Source: the human T2T-CHM13v2.0 reference genome, Homo sapiens
Strand: one strand, 5' to 3'
DNA length: 64,000 nucleotides
NCBI RefSeq assembly: GCF_009914755.1
Contig: NC_060930.1
Numbering within the stretch: position 1 is the stretch's first letter; every line of letters begins with the position of its first letter. Below are positions 17,801-29,650 of the stretch, piece after piece. The notes under the pieces are model-generated. The model made no database searches, was not told the origin of the DNA, and saw nothing but the letters and a program-made list of their open reading frames with translations. The translations under genes and the position numbers were made by a program.

Positions 17801-18339
17801 CGTCCTCCTAGTACTTTTATACTACCTTGTATTTATTCCTTCTCTTTTCTTTCATCATAAACATACATTGTTTGCTAAATTGATGACCTGGCAAGCCAAA
17901 TCCATGATATTCAGGATCAAAGCTGAAGAATAATTTTTCTGTTGGTGACTTTAACAGAGGTGGAAAGTGTTGGAAGAAGCAGGTTGGAAGGAAAAGAAAA
18001 AGAGGATTTAAGACAAACTTTTCAGGAAATTTCTCAGAATGTCATTAGATATCAAGAGATTACTCTTTGTTTGCTACTGGTCTCTGGGTTGGAGAAGCAA
18101 GTTAATAATTCACAGCAAAATTAGCTCTCTCTATAATGGGGAAAATATTTTCCTAAAGTCAAATAATTTCCTGGCTGGTCTTCAGGACAAGGGTTACAGG
18201 TAACCAAATAAATGTTTACCTTAGCAATGCAGAGATGGTTCTAACTTCTCTTCTTTAACCATGTCCTCACAGCCTAAATGTGTAATAAGAAGACTGGAGG
18301 CTGAACACACTGAAGAACAAAGTGATTGAAGCACCTTAC

Positions 18340-18503
18340 CTAAGACAATATAAATATAAAATCAAAGAAGAAATGACGAACAGGAGGATGTAAAGCAGCA
18401 CTGTGATCACCACGCCAAGAATGCCTGGCTGCACGGTTCTTACAAACATCCAGTAGAGCTTCGCGGCATCCGCCACAGGAGTCTCCTCATTATCTGTAAG
18501 CCG
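18340..18503 (-). CDS. OFCC1: OFCC1-like coding exon C (164 nt, phase 0-2): RLTDNEETPVADAAKLYWMFVRTVQPGILGVVITVLLYILLFVISSLILYLYCL(R)
   Basis: The acceptor is gaatttgcttttgtcag|CGG and the donor is CTTAG|gtaagg. The frame is open, several CpGs are retained in AT-rich flanks, and it encodes a long hydrophobic helix. It is absent from the ORF track and was found by manual reading. Confidence 0.88.
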
Positions 18504-19714
18504 CTGACAAAAGCAAATTCAGATTTGAAAAACTCAGAATGGGAACACTGATCACCAAGTTAGGTGAATGTAAAGATACAAAGACTATGTGACCCTATAA
18601 TTTGTTTTAGAATTAAATCTTCTAGGTACTGAAGATTGCCAGCTTTTCAGGTGCACAAAGGAAAAGAAAAAAGGCTGGGTTTTGCATGCTACTTTACCAG
18701 GTTTTTCTCATCTTCCCTCTAAGCCTTTACATGCACACACTCGACATGCAATTCATAAAGTAAAAGCCATGTTTTATTTATGTACTATTAACTTCTGAAT
18801 TTAATGAGCACAAGACATGAAGAAATTAAATATGATGGTGAAAAGAGTCCTTTCTTTCTGAAGCAGATTTGATAGGAATTTAATTTGTGCTATGCATAAA
18901 AGAGATGGCTTATTTTAGAAACTTATAAAAAAGTTATCAGGCTACTTAATGTGAGTTTGAAAACCAAGTTTACATTAGGTTAATTTAACAATAAGTCCTT
19001 ATTTTAGACAAGGAAAGACATATTCTACATTGGATTAGAAATAAAAAAGCAACACGATGGGGTTTTTAAAAGTATATACATTTGTAAGGACCTACAGTAT
19101 CATCATATGACATCTTTGACCTTTGAGTTTTATAAAATATGGATGTTCTTTAATTATAAGTCTTTTGATATCAAGTGGAAGTAATATGCAGTATAAATGT
19201 TAAGTAAGGTATCTTTTCTCCAATGCAATAGAGAAGGAAGAATTTCTTTAGTCTTTAAATCGATGATTAAACTGATGATAAATATAGGTTGAAAAGACAC
19301 TTTTTAAAAAGGCTTATCCAAATCACTTACATGTAGATGAAAACAGAAGCCTAAGCAGATTCATTTGTATTTTCCCTCTACCAAAATATACTTTAGTGAT
19401 TGGGCAGTGAGTAGAATTGAGATGTTCCAATTCTCAACTACTGCTTCTTTGAGCACCATCTCAAAACTTTTATTTCTATACTCTGTACTTGTTAACCAGT
19501 TGACCTTGCAAAATTGTGTGTCTGCTGCCAGGACTTTTGGCAGTAGATTGTAAAAGTCATCATGAGTCTCTCCTATTCCACATCGTACCTTTCTGCTGTT
19601 CCTTAAAGGTAATGAAATAGACTTGAGATTCATTAATGAAACAAAAAATGATATATATATATTTGATGACAATCACATAATCTAACCAATATATTCTAAT
19701 TATTTTCTTTGACC

Positions 19715-20050
19715 CACATGTATTGAATGCCCATTATGTGTCACTAGGAACTGAAGATAAAAGAGTGAATACAATTAGACAAAATCTCTACCCTCTTGGA
19801 GCTTACATTTAGGTGAGAAGGGGGTAGGTGAATGATAGTAAGCACATATGCAAGATTAAAATAAGTAGTTTACTGAATATGATACATCATAAGATGGTAT
19901 TATAAAGAAAAATATAAACCAGAAGAGGTATAGGAAGGATAGAAGTATATCACTAAATATTGCTGTCAGAATAGGTGTCACTAAAAAGATGGCCTCTAAG
20001 AAAAGACCTAAGGATATAAGAGAATGAGCCAGGTGCCTCCCAAATGGCAT
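19715..20050 (-). mobile_element. L2 3' end
   Basis: tattgaatgcccattatgtg...ctaccctcttggagcttacattt matches the antisense L2 3' terminus. Confidence 0.65.
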
Positions 20051-20074
20051 TCATCACACACTGCCCATACTACA

Positions 20075-20076
<2 letters not shown>

Positions 20077-20115
<39 letters not shown>
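20077..20115. repeat. (TG)n microsatellite
   Basis: A perfect TG run. Confidence 0.97.
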
Positions 20116-20117
<2 letters not shown>

Positions 20118-20535
20118 TTTGATTCTCCAACTAGATTGTAAGTTCTAGCCTGGACCATTGGGGCAATGGCTGTTACATCTTGTGTCATTCACAGAGCACA
20201 GCATCATCATTTCATTCTAACACTCTCATCTTTATTCCTTTTATGTTAAATATATATATTATATATATAATTATATGTATGTTTCAAGGTTTATTCCCAG
20301 TTAGTCTCTTATTTGATCTTCCCAACAACACTATAAAAAGAGTAAGTTAGGTATTTTGTATTTGTAGGTATTACTACTTTCTCATGATGCATATGAGGTC
20401 ACTGAAGACCAAAGAGGTAAACTGGCCTATCCAACATCATATAGGTGACAAATAGCGGAGCTGGGACCAGAGCCCAGCTCTCTCTGACTCCACCCCGTGG
20501 TCTTTCTGCTACTCCATGGTCGCTTCTAATGGAGT

Positions 20536-21243
20536 GTTTGTGGTTTGAATGGGTCTCCCTAAAGCATGTGTTGGAAGCTTAATCCCAGTGCAACAGTGTT
20601 TGGAGGTAGAGCCTAATGGGAGGTGTTTAGGTCATGAAGGGTCCACCCTCATGAATGGATTAATGCCAATTATAAAAGGGCTTGAGGCTGCAAGATTGAA
20701 TTCTTACCATCTGTCATCCTCTCTTTGCTCTGCTGCCACGGGATGACACAGCAAGAAGGCCCTTGCATGTGGCTGACTGCCACGGTTACTACTTGAGACT
20801 GTCATTACGGCAGTTGCTATGGTTACTGCTTGAGACTGTCATTACAAGACTGAACGAAGGGACAAACATAGAAATGATAACAAAAAACAAAAGAAACTAT
20901 TTTAAGGAAAAGCTAGCATGGGGAAGAAGAAAGCTCCCTGCTTCTAGTGAGCAAAGACAGCCCCGAGCTTCTACAACCCTTTGTATTTATTGGATAACAA
21001 GAGCAAGGAGGAGGAGGTAGCGATTGGTCAGCTGCTTAATTGATCACAGGTTCATATTGTTACTGACCGGCTTCAATTATGCCTAATCATAAGAAACATT
21101 TGTGCGGCCTCCAACACTTGCAGGATGTCAGTTCCTCAATCTCAGACTTCCCAGACTCCATAACCATGAGCCAATAATTCCTGTTCATTATAAATTAACC
21201 AGTCTCAGGTATTTTATTATAGCAGCACAAAAGGGAATAAGTT
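20536..21243 (+). mobile_element. MST-family MaLR LTR split by a nested LTR
   Basis: It starts tgtggtttgaatgggtctccc and ends ataaattaaccagtctcaggtattttattatagcagcacaaaa. Confidence 0.8.
20768..21116 (-). mobile_element. 349-bp solo LTR, probably LTR18A (HERVL18/HERV-S)
   Basis: It has TG...CA ends and a perfect 6-bp TSD cttgca (20762-20767, 21117-21122). A CCAAT box and AATAAATA lie on the minus strand. The family name is from recall and length. Confidence 0.7.
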
Positions 21244-21854
21244 GTGGAGTCTCAAGAATCATTTGCTGAATGACAGTGTTTGCATTCTACCTTTCATCTT
21301 TGCTTACATGTTTTATTCTTATCTCACTATTTATATTGAGGGTAGAAATTATGCCATATTTATTCTGCATCTTTTAAAATCCTATGTAAAGAGTATATAG
21401 TCAATAAATATGTGCTGATGGACTAAAACATTCAGTAGCAAATCTTTCCTCTACTTTTTATCCAGATTAGGGCTCAGGCAGAGAAATAATCTATCCACTT
21501 AATGAAATTGTTGAGCATAGTATCATCAATGCGTTGCCAACCCCTGAGCCAACAAACTGAAGGACTAAGAAAGAATTACTAGCAACATCAACAGCCATTC
21601 AGCACTTCAGCCTCAAACCAATTCATCTGCCACATCTCCTTTTAGATCTCCATAAATGAAATGAATTCAGGACAGAAAATATCAGTAAAATTAGGCAGCA
21701 TCTCTCTGAGCTGGGTGACCTGGATCAAACCCAGAAGATACTCAGCTTTGTCTGCTAAAAAGAAGTGCTGAAGGATCTGGAGGTATGAACTCAGGCAACC
21801 TGAGACTCCCGAGTGACATTCAACCCATGATAACTGCAACCCCATGTGGAAGAG

Positions 21855-22200
21855 TAGTTTTCAAGAATTAATGAACATCAGAATCACCTGGAAGGCTTGT
21901 TAATATACACATTGATGGGCCACTTCCCAACGTTTCTAGCTCAGTAAATTTGGTGCAGGGCCTAAGATTCTGCATTTCTATTAAGTTCTCAGGTGATGTT
22001 AATGCTGTTGGTCCAGGGACCACACTTTGAGAACCATAGATTTAAATCAATACTTCTGAAACTTCAGTATGCTGTCAAGTCACCTGGAGAATATGTTAGT
22101 ATGTTTCAAATCAAAAGGTGGCCATGTCCAAGTGCATTTTTACAGGTTCCCAGAGGGTTCTAATGCTGTCTATCTGTGGATTAGAGACAGCTTTAGAGGT
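21855..22200. mobile_element. MER5-family hAT-Charlie MITE fragments
   Basis: catcagaatcacctggaaggcttgt...ggtccagggaccacactttgagaacca. Confidence 0.75.
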
Positions 22201-22239
22201 TTTTAAAAGATAGCAAAATTAGATGTCATCTGCAATAAA

Positions 22240-22900
22240 ACATGATGGATTCAAACTGCCCAATAACTTGTGAACATTTGGAAAACAATTTAGCCTTTTT
22301 TTTCAAGTGGAGAGAAAAAAGGGTGCTCTACACATCTACTGGAACCCAAGTCAGCCTTTATCAGGTTGCAGACCTCTGAAGTGGTTCTGAGACGGCCATG
22401 CTGGAGGTTACTTTCCTATAGATTACATCAGAGGTCCAGAGTAAATTAAGTTCTGCTCATTTTGTCAGCTGCCTTGGATACAGTGGACTGGTCTTCTATT
22501 TATCTGCCTGAGGGAACTAACTGAAACAAGAAAAGTCCTTCCAAGAGAGCTGCAGACATCCTTCTAAGGAGATCTCAGAGGACCATAGGGACAGCTGTTC
22601 ATCCTCCCCAAATGTCTTCACATGTGATGTGGCTGTAGGCCCAGCCCCAGCACCCTGTCTACTCAATATGCACATCAGGCATCTGGGAGAAATTGCAAGG
22701 TGGTCCACTCAGAACGCAGACAGCATTTCTCTCTACATCTCCTGCTCATCAATCCTCGATGCCACAGTCACCTTATTATCCTGGAGAATGAGAGGTAGGA
22801 ACGTAGATGTTATCCAGCTGGCTGCAGCTCAGTTCACTGAGAATCAGCAGGGTGCTAATCGGCAGGGTGAAAAAAATTTAGAGATGGGGTAGGAAACACA
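22240..22900 (+). mobile_element. Ancient L2-clade LINE reverse-transcriptase fossil
   Basis: Collinear degenerate RT motifs: SGCRP (22361), GSETAMLEVT (22383), VLLILSAALDTVD (22450-22488), TCDVAVG..PCLLNMHIRHLGEI, NADSISLYIS and EVGT*MLSSWLQL. Confidence 0.8.
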
Positions 22901-23349
22901 GCCACTTCTAACTCAAAAGGCTCCCTCTTCTGCCATGTTGTCAAGGTGCTACAAGGCATGGAGGCTTCACACAGTGGTCTGCGCTTCAAGTACTGAGGAG
23001 CTTTCCTCGGCACATGATTCTTTCGCTAATCCCTAACAGTGGGACTAGAAACTAGATACAGCAGTGGGCTTCCGGTGCACTGGTTTAGTTCATTTTAATA
23101 ATGTTAAATGGTCTACATGGTTAGAGCCAACAATCACACTTGTTGGCAGGTTCTGGGCATTTCTGGCAGAGGCCATTTCCACTCAGGAATAAGCAGTCAG
23201 AATTCTCACATGAAATCTACAAAGACATTAGTGCACTTAAATCTTCGAGAACTCCAGTCTTATGAAGAGCAGCCCAGCTATCCTCAGTGAGCGAAAGCCC
23301 AGCCTGGCAAGCAGGAAAATGAAAGGAAAGGCCTTCTCAGCAAAGTGTG

Positions 23350-23830
23350 TAGCACCTTGTTACTCACAGTGTGGTCCATGGAACTAGCATTGTTGGCACC
23401 ATCTAGGAGTCTATCAGAAATGAAGAATCCTAGGCGCTACCTGCCAACTCAGAAAGTGCATTTTAAAATATATTTTTATTTTTATAGATTTAGAGACTAT
23501 AAGTGCAGATTTGTTACATGAATATGTTGTGTAGTGGTGAAATCTGGGACTTTTCATGTAACCGTCACCCAACTAGTGTACACTGCATCCATTAGGTAAT
23601 TTCTCATCCCTCATGCCAATTTCTCATCCCTCATGCCAATTTCTCATCCCTCACGCCCCTTCCATCCTCCATCCTCCCACCTTTTTAAGTCTCTGAGGTC
23701 TATTATTCTACTCTCTGTGTTCATTTGTACTCATTATTTAGCTCCCACATATAAGTGAGAACAGGAATGTGCATTTTAATAAGATCCCCTGGGAACTTGA
23801 AAGCACATTAGTTTGAGAAACACTGCTATA
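23350..23830. mobile_element. MER5A split by an antisense L1PB-type 3' fragment (about 23466-23763)
   Basis: MER5A halves flank an L1 3'UTR piece, and gtgcatttta is duplicated on both sides. Confidence 0.7.
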
Positions 23831-24602
23831 GCATGCTATGGCCTGAGAGAGTGAAAAATGGTGACAGGCTCTGCTGACCTTAGCTGTCTACTATAGCACC
23901 CAAGGTGGGAGATATCTTCATGGATGCAAATGTTCTAAAAGCATGTTATTGAAAAAAGAATCAATTTTAAACACAGTTAACAAGTAGAGACCATCAAAAC
24001 ACCCATCTCTATGATTTGCTTGGTACAGTGAATATAATCCAAACACATACATTCCAGTTGTGAAACTTTCCTTTTTCTTGTTAAAAGGAAAAATATCCAA
24101 ATGTGGAATATTATTTCATAAAGATAATTTTATAAGTAAATATTTGATCATATTGATTAATTTATAGTATCTATCTGCTCTGCTCTCTTGTTTGGAGTGA
24201 TATTTTATGGCCAGGCATACAGTATAGAAATTTAGTTAAAATTCAGATGTCTCTTCTTTTGCCTGTTGAAATTGCTTACAAATGTGATGACTTCAAGGTA
24301 AAGTGTTTCTTGGCTTGAATTATTCCACTGTTTGCCAGTATTTTTAATTTTGCTTTGATGATTTAATCTAAAGCATTTGGCAATTTAAGTGGAGCTTGGA
24401 TAAAGTTGCTAAATTGCAGGTCAGGGGCCATGGCTAATAGGCAGGATAGGAAAGGATCCCCCATTGAGCCTGCCTAGCCTTGCCTAGGAACGGATGCCCC
24501 ATTGAGCCCTCCCTATGCAGGAGCTTACCTCTTCCAACCTATGTTGCTATTCCTAGATCTTCTTAGTCGGCTCATCAGAGCTTTCCTATGCAGCTATAAT
24601 GT

Positions 24603-24788
24603 CAGTGGTTCTCAAACTGTGGTCCCTGACCAACAACATCACTGTCATCTGTAAATTTGTTAGAAATGCAAATTCTTGAGCTCTACCTCAGACCCACCAG
24701 AGGAAGAACTCTGGGGATGGGGCCCAGCAATCTGTTTTTACCATAGCCTATAATAGATTCTGATACAATATAAGGTTTGAGAATCAGT
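24603..24788. mobile_element. MER5A
   Basis: Terminal inverted repeats cagtggttctcaaact...aggtttgagaatca with a typical interior. Confidence 0.85.
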
Positions 24789-25039
24789 ATGTTTTAGTAC
24801 CACTCTCTAGGAAATCCCACGCCTTGTGAATTCAAAGCAACGAGAGATTTGGATATGGTAATAAATTTACACTAAGAGCCACATCATTTTTGCCTCAAAT
24901 TATAGCCCCCAAATTCATTGGTAAATTAAATATTTTGGGGTAATCAAAAAATTATCATCAGGGATAGCATACATTTGATTTCACAAAGCAATATATTCCC
25001 TGAAAGCTTGAAGTGGAGATTTTAACATGATGGAAGAAA

Positions 25040-25270
25040 CATCATCCTCAGAATTCAGAAATCTGGGTCCCAGTCCTGGGTGCAGTGTGAACTGGCTATA
25101 TGGCCTCAGATAAGTCATGTAATTCTGTATCTGGTTTCTCCCAGCTGTAAAGTGAGAAGAATACTTACCCCATCAACTTACAGGATTGTCATAAATATGT
25201 AATCAAAGACATTGTGTGAAGATGCTTGAAAAATACAAGAGCACTCTTCAAATATTAGAATCGTTATTGC
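25040..25270 (+). mobile_element. MIR
   Basis: tctgggtcccagtcctgg...tggtttctcccagctgtaaagtgaga matches the MIR core. Confidence 0.65.
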
Positions 25271-25899
25271 CATTATTTACATGTCATTATGTATCTTAAT
25301 ACATCATTCATAATTATGAAATCCTAGAAATATATATTTTAAGGTGAAAATGCACCATGTCACTTCAATATCATTAAAAAAGTCTAAATAAATGCCTATA
25401 TGGTAATTTTTAAAATACATTTATTACTTAGAAATGTTTAAAAAGCTTTCATTCTTGACTGTATTTCTTGCAGGAGAGTATTACATCATAGTCAGTAAGT
25501 AACCTAACCAATTAAAGGAACTACTGCACAATTACCTTTTTGCAAAATTTGCCTATGAAAATCCTTAATATTAAAAAAGTTACCTAAAAGAAGTTACCAA
25601 AAGAATATAACAAAATAAAGTTTCTTTGTAATAACGTTAAAAATGTGACTGCTAGCTAGGATTTGATCTTCAACATGACTTCTGGCATATTTTTCAAGTG
25701 TTTATTTATGAGAGTTAAAATTACACTTAAATTGATTATATTAGACATCCATGACTTTTTTATCAGAAGAAACTTAACTTCGATTTAAGATGCATACTGA
25801 TTGTTCATTATGATTGAAACTTTCCATGTCAAATGATTCATCCACTAAAGCTAAACTCTATGTCAAGGACTCATATCCTGATTATTTCATTTGACTTAC

Positions 25900-26152
25900 C
25901 CCCAGGAGAGTATCCAGTATAAACACTGCCAATGGGTCCAGAATTGTCCATAGTCCCATAGTAATGATTAACTTTGACAAGACATCAGGACAGGAGGCAA
26001 AGAGTAGCTGACAGCCCCATCTGATCAAAACCAAAAGAAGCAGGATTGCATTCAGCATTAAAGGCCCCATCACAACCACGGGAAGCTCTTCTCCAATGTG
26101 AAGTGAGGAAGTTGGGTAGCAAAGCTCAACGATGTGAAGAGAAAAATGGAAT
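25900..26152 (-). CDS. OFCC1: OFCC1-like coding exon B (253 nt, phase 2-0): FHFSLHIVELCYPTS...WTILDPLAVFILDTLLG
   Basis: The acceptor is ttgccttgttttcccacag|A and the donor is CTGGGG|gtaagt. It has 84 open codons and two hydrophobic segments, and its phases match both neighbouring exons. Confidence 0.88.
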
Positions 26153-26993
26153 CTGTGGGAAAACAAGGCAATCATATAGGGGCAAACAAGAGGAACTGCA
26201 CCAAATGCCAAGTGTGCGAACCAATTTAAAGAACTCTGTTTTGTTTTCTTTTTCTTAAATACAGAAAACTTGACACTTAGTAGTACCCCCAAATGTATTG
26301 TTAGAAGTTTTCATCTTTTCCCAGCCCCTCAACATGTTGCTTTCCAGGAAAAGGCAAACTCTGTCCTGTTTATTGTTGTTGTAAGTGTTCTGTGCCACCA
26401 TAGAAAGTATATCAATTTGAGCCACTGAACAGAGCATTCTAAAGACTAAGAGCATTTGTGCAGTTCACACGGTACATTTTAGCAGGCTATTTAAAATGCA
26501 AAATATACCAGTGAACTTTCTACTGTGTCAATCTTTAACAGAAATGAGAACTAGATGTAAAATCTAATAATCCTTTAGAGTTTTAGCATAACGGATTAAT
26601 TTTACTCATGATTCTTGTAACAAGATTCCCAGATACAACAAAAATGACACTGTCACCGCTAACAACCAAAATATCTTACTCCTTTGTTGTTCTAAAAGAG
26701 TCAACTAGACACAGTTGAAGGACCTAACCCAAGGGTTAGATCCAATCTGAACCCAGTCATTCAAGCACCCTCAACCCAAGCTTTGCCACTGTCTTTCTGT
26801 GCAGTGAGACTTTATTTCACTTGAAGTTTTCCCTCCCCTGAATTTCAGCCTATGTAAAGCTGTTTCATAGTTAATCCTGCTTGTGCATTCTATTTATCCG
26901 CCATCTACTAAAAGGAGTTGTTTGTTTTATCCACTCCTTGACCTGTGCTTCAAATAAAGTTTTATGTTTTGTTCTTATGTGAATATCAAATAA

Positions 26994-27307
<314 letters not shown>

Positions 27308-28466
27308 ATTTACGTATATATCTTAGCATAGTATCTGTCCCAGAGCAAGAGCCGAAGACATGCTCATTGTTGGTGTTGTTATTGCTATGGCTCACAGCTA
27401 AGATGTGACACAGAGCTACTGTATGACCCAAGCCTGCAGACTGAGACAATAGCCAGAAAAATATCCTTTGTATCTTAGGTCCTCGGTTGCTTAAGAAATT
27501 GGTTCAACTGGGCTGTCAAGATACATTTTGAAGTCTCATTTTATTAACAACTAATAAAGATAGGGCTTCCTTTTCTATCGAAGAATAAAAGAGTGAAAAG
27601 CAAAAAACAACTAGGCCAAGCATATCATATTTGTTCTTTTTGCTTTGGAAACCTTAAGAAAAGAGAATGAAAGAAAGGAGGAACAAAGAGACTATCCAGA
27701 TAAAAATTCCCCCTTGAAAATACAGTTTAGTATATATATATTTGCATATTCCATAATATATTCAGACCTTTATAATTTTCAAAGATATCAATAACTATAT
27801 ATGTATGTATAAATATAAATATTTATATTGTTCTTTGTAATCTTCCTAATTGAAAATATACACGCAACTTTATTTTTATCTGTACCATCTACATTTGAGA
27901 AAATGAATTTTACTTGTATTGATATCTATCTGTGTGTCTATCTACAGTGTCTTTGGAATCATGTTTATAAAGAGATAACCTTTAAAGTGTCATCTTTTTC
28001 CAGAGGATAATGGCCCAGAAAGCTGCCTGGGCTTGAGTTTGGTAATTGTTTGAATTCAATCATTTTGCAGAAGAAGCAATCTTTGCTTCTCTGTGAATAG
28101 GTGATAAATCACACTTACCTTACTTCTAAAATACCTTCAGCCTAAGTCACTATGATAAAATCAAAATACAATAAAACATTGTTGCTAAATTCCTTTTTGG
28201 AACCTGCTCAGATATTAGAACATATTTGAATCTGCTAAATTTAAAATAAATATTGATGTACCAGTTATGTACTTATATATACAGGCCCATAAGGTGAGAC
28301 TGTAACTGTAATAGAAGTTTTTGCTTAGATAAAGACATTTTTGTCTTTTCAAATAATCTCTGCATTTTAGGTTGTACGGTAAATTGATGGGAGAGGTGTT
28401 TTGTACTTTCATTTGTCCTATTAAGATGAAAATATATTCCTTTGACTTTCAGAGGAAACCACTCAC

Positions 28467-28682
28467 TTTGTAACAGGAGTTGAAATGGCCTGGAGGAAAA
28501 GCCACTGGCCCAAGTAATGCAGGTAGAGCCTCAGGAACCAGAGAAAAAACATCAGCAGTATAATGTACCAGAAGCCCTGGCTTTGCCATTGAGATAACTG
28601 AAGTTCTGAAGACGCTGATACCAGCACAAAATGGAGATGCTTGAAGAAGTCTCCATATCTACTATCAGCAACTGAAGAACAG
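28467..28682 (-). CDS. OFCC1: OFCC1-like coding exon A (216 nt, phase 2-2): CSSVADSRYGDFFKH...FWYIILLMFFLWFLRLYLHYLGQWLFLQAISTPVT(K)
   Basis: The acceptor is ctgtttctttgtttgtag|C and the donor is ACAAA|gtgagt. The frame is open and encodes a hydrophobic helix. The split Lys codon (AA+A) joins exon B in frame. Gene name is from recall of OFCC1 homolog motifs, not a search. Confidence 0.85.
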
Positions 28683-28883
28683 CTACAAACAAAGAAACAG
28701 TAGATAAAATCTCGGCTTAAAGCACAACCAAAAGTAAGATATTTTGAGAATAACAATGAAACACTGTGAAAGGAAAACTGAACAAAATTATTTCTAAATA
28801 AATACTTAGGATTCAAAACTATTTATGTTCCTTTTAGCTATAGTGGATGGTTCACATTATAGGAGAACATAAAGAAACATGAA

Positions 28884-29268
28884 TTAGGGAAATGCAAATC
28901 AAAACCACAATGAAATGCCACCTCACATCTGTTAAAATGCCTACCATAAACACACACACACAGACACACACGCATGTGCAATAAGTGTTTGGAAGGATGT
29001 GAAGAAATTAAAACCTTTGTGTACTATTGGCAGGAAAGTAAAATGGTTCAACCACCATGGAAAAAAGTATGGTATGTTCTCAAAAAATTAAAAATAGAAT
29101 GACTATATGATTCAGCAATTCCACCTTTGGATATATATCCAAAAGAATTGAAAGCAGGGTCCAGAAGTGATATTTGTGTACCCATGATTATAACAGCATT
29201 ATTCACAATAGCCAAGATGTGAAAACAATATAAATGTCCATTGGTCGATGAATGGATAAACAAAATGT

Positions 29269-29306
<38 letters not shown>

Positions 29307-29650
29307 CAATGGGATATTACTCAGCTTTAACAAAGAAGGAAATTCTACAACATGGATGCTACATGGATGAACCCTGTGGACACTGTGCTAAGAAAGATAA
29401 GCCAGTCACAAAAGAACACATACTTATGATTTTACTTACAGGAGGAGGTATCTGAAATAGTCAAAATCATAGAAACAGAAAGTAGAATCGTGGTTGGCAG
29501 GTGTGCAGGAGAGGGGAAATGAGGAGTTGCTAATAGTATAGAATTTCAGTTTTTCAAGATAAAAAAAGTCAGATTTGTTGCACAACAACGGGAATGTACT
29601 TACCACTGAACTGTAACTTAAAAATGGCTAAGATGGTAAGTTTTATGTTA
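28884..29650 (+). mobile_element. L1MB-type 3' end with internal (CA)n and (TA)n
   Basis: It starts attagggaaatgcaaatcaaaaccacaatg and ends with an L1MB-like 3'UTR. (TA)n lies at about 29271-29303. Confidence 0.85.

Noticed and set aside
19361-19672. 103-aa minus-strand ORF as a further OFCC1 exon
   Set aside because: There is no convincing splice pair or recognisable homology, and exons B and C already join in phase.
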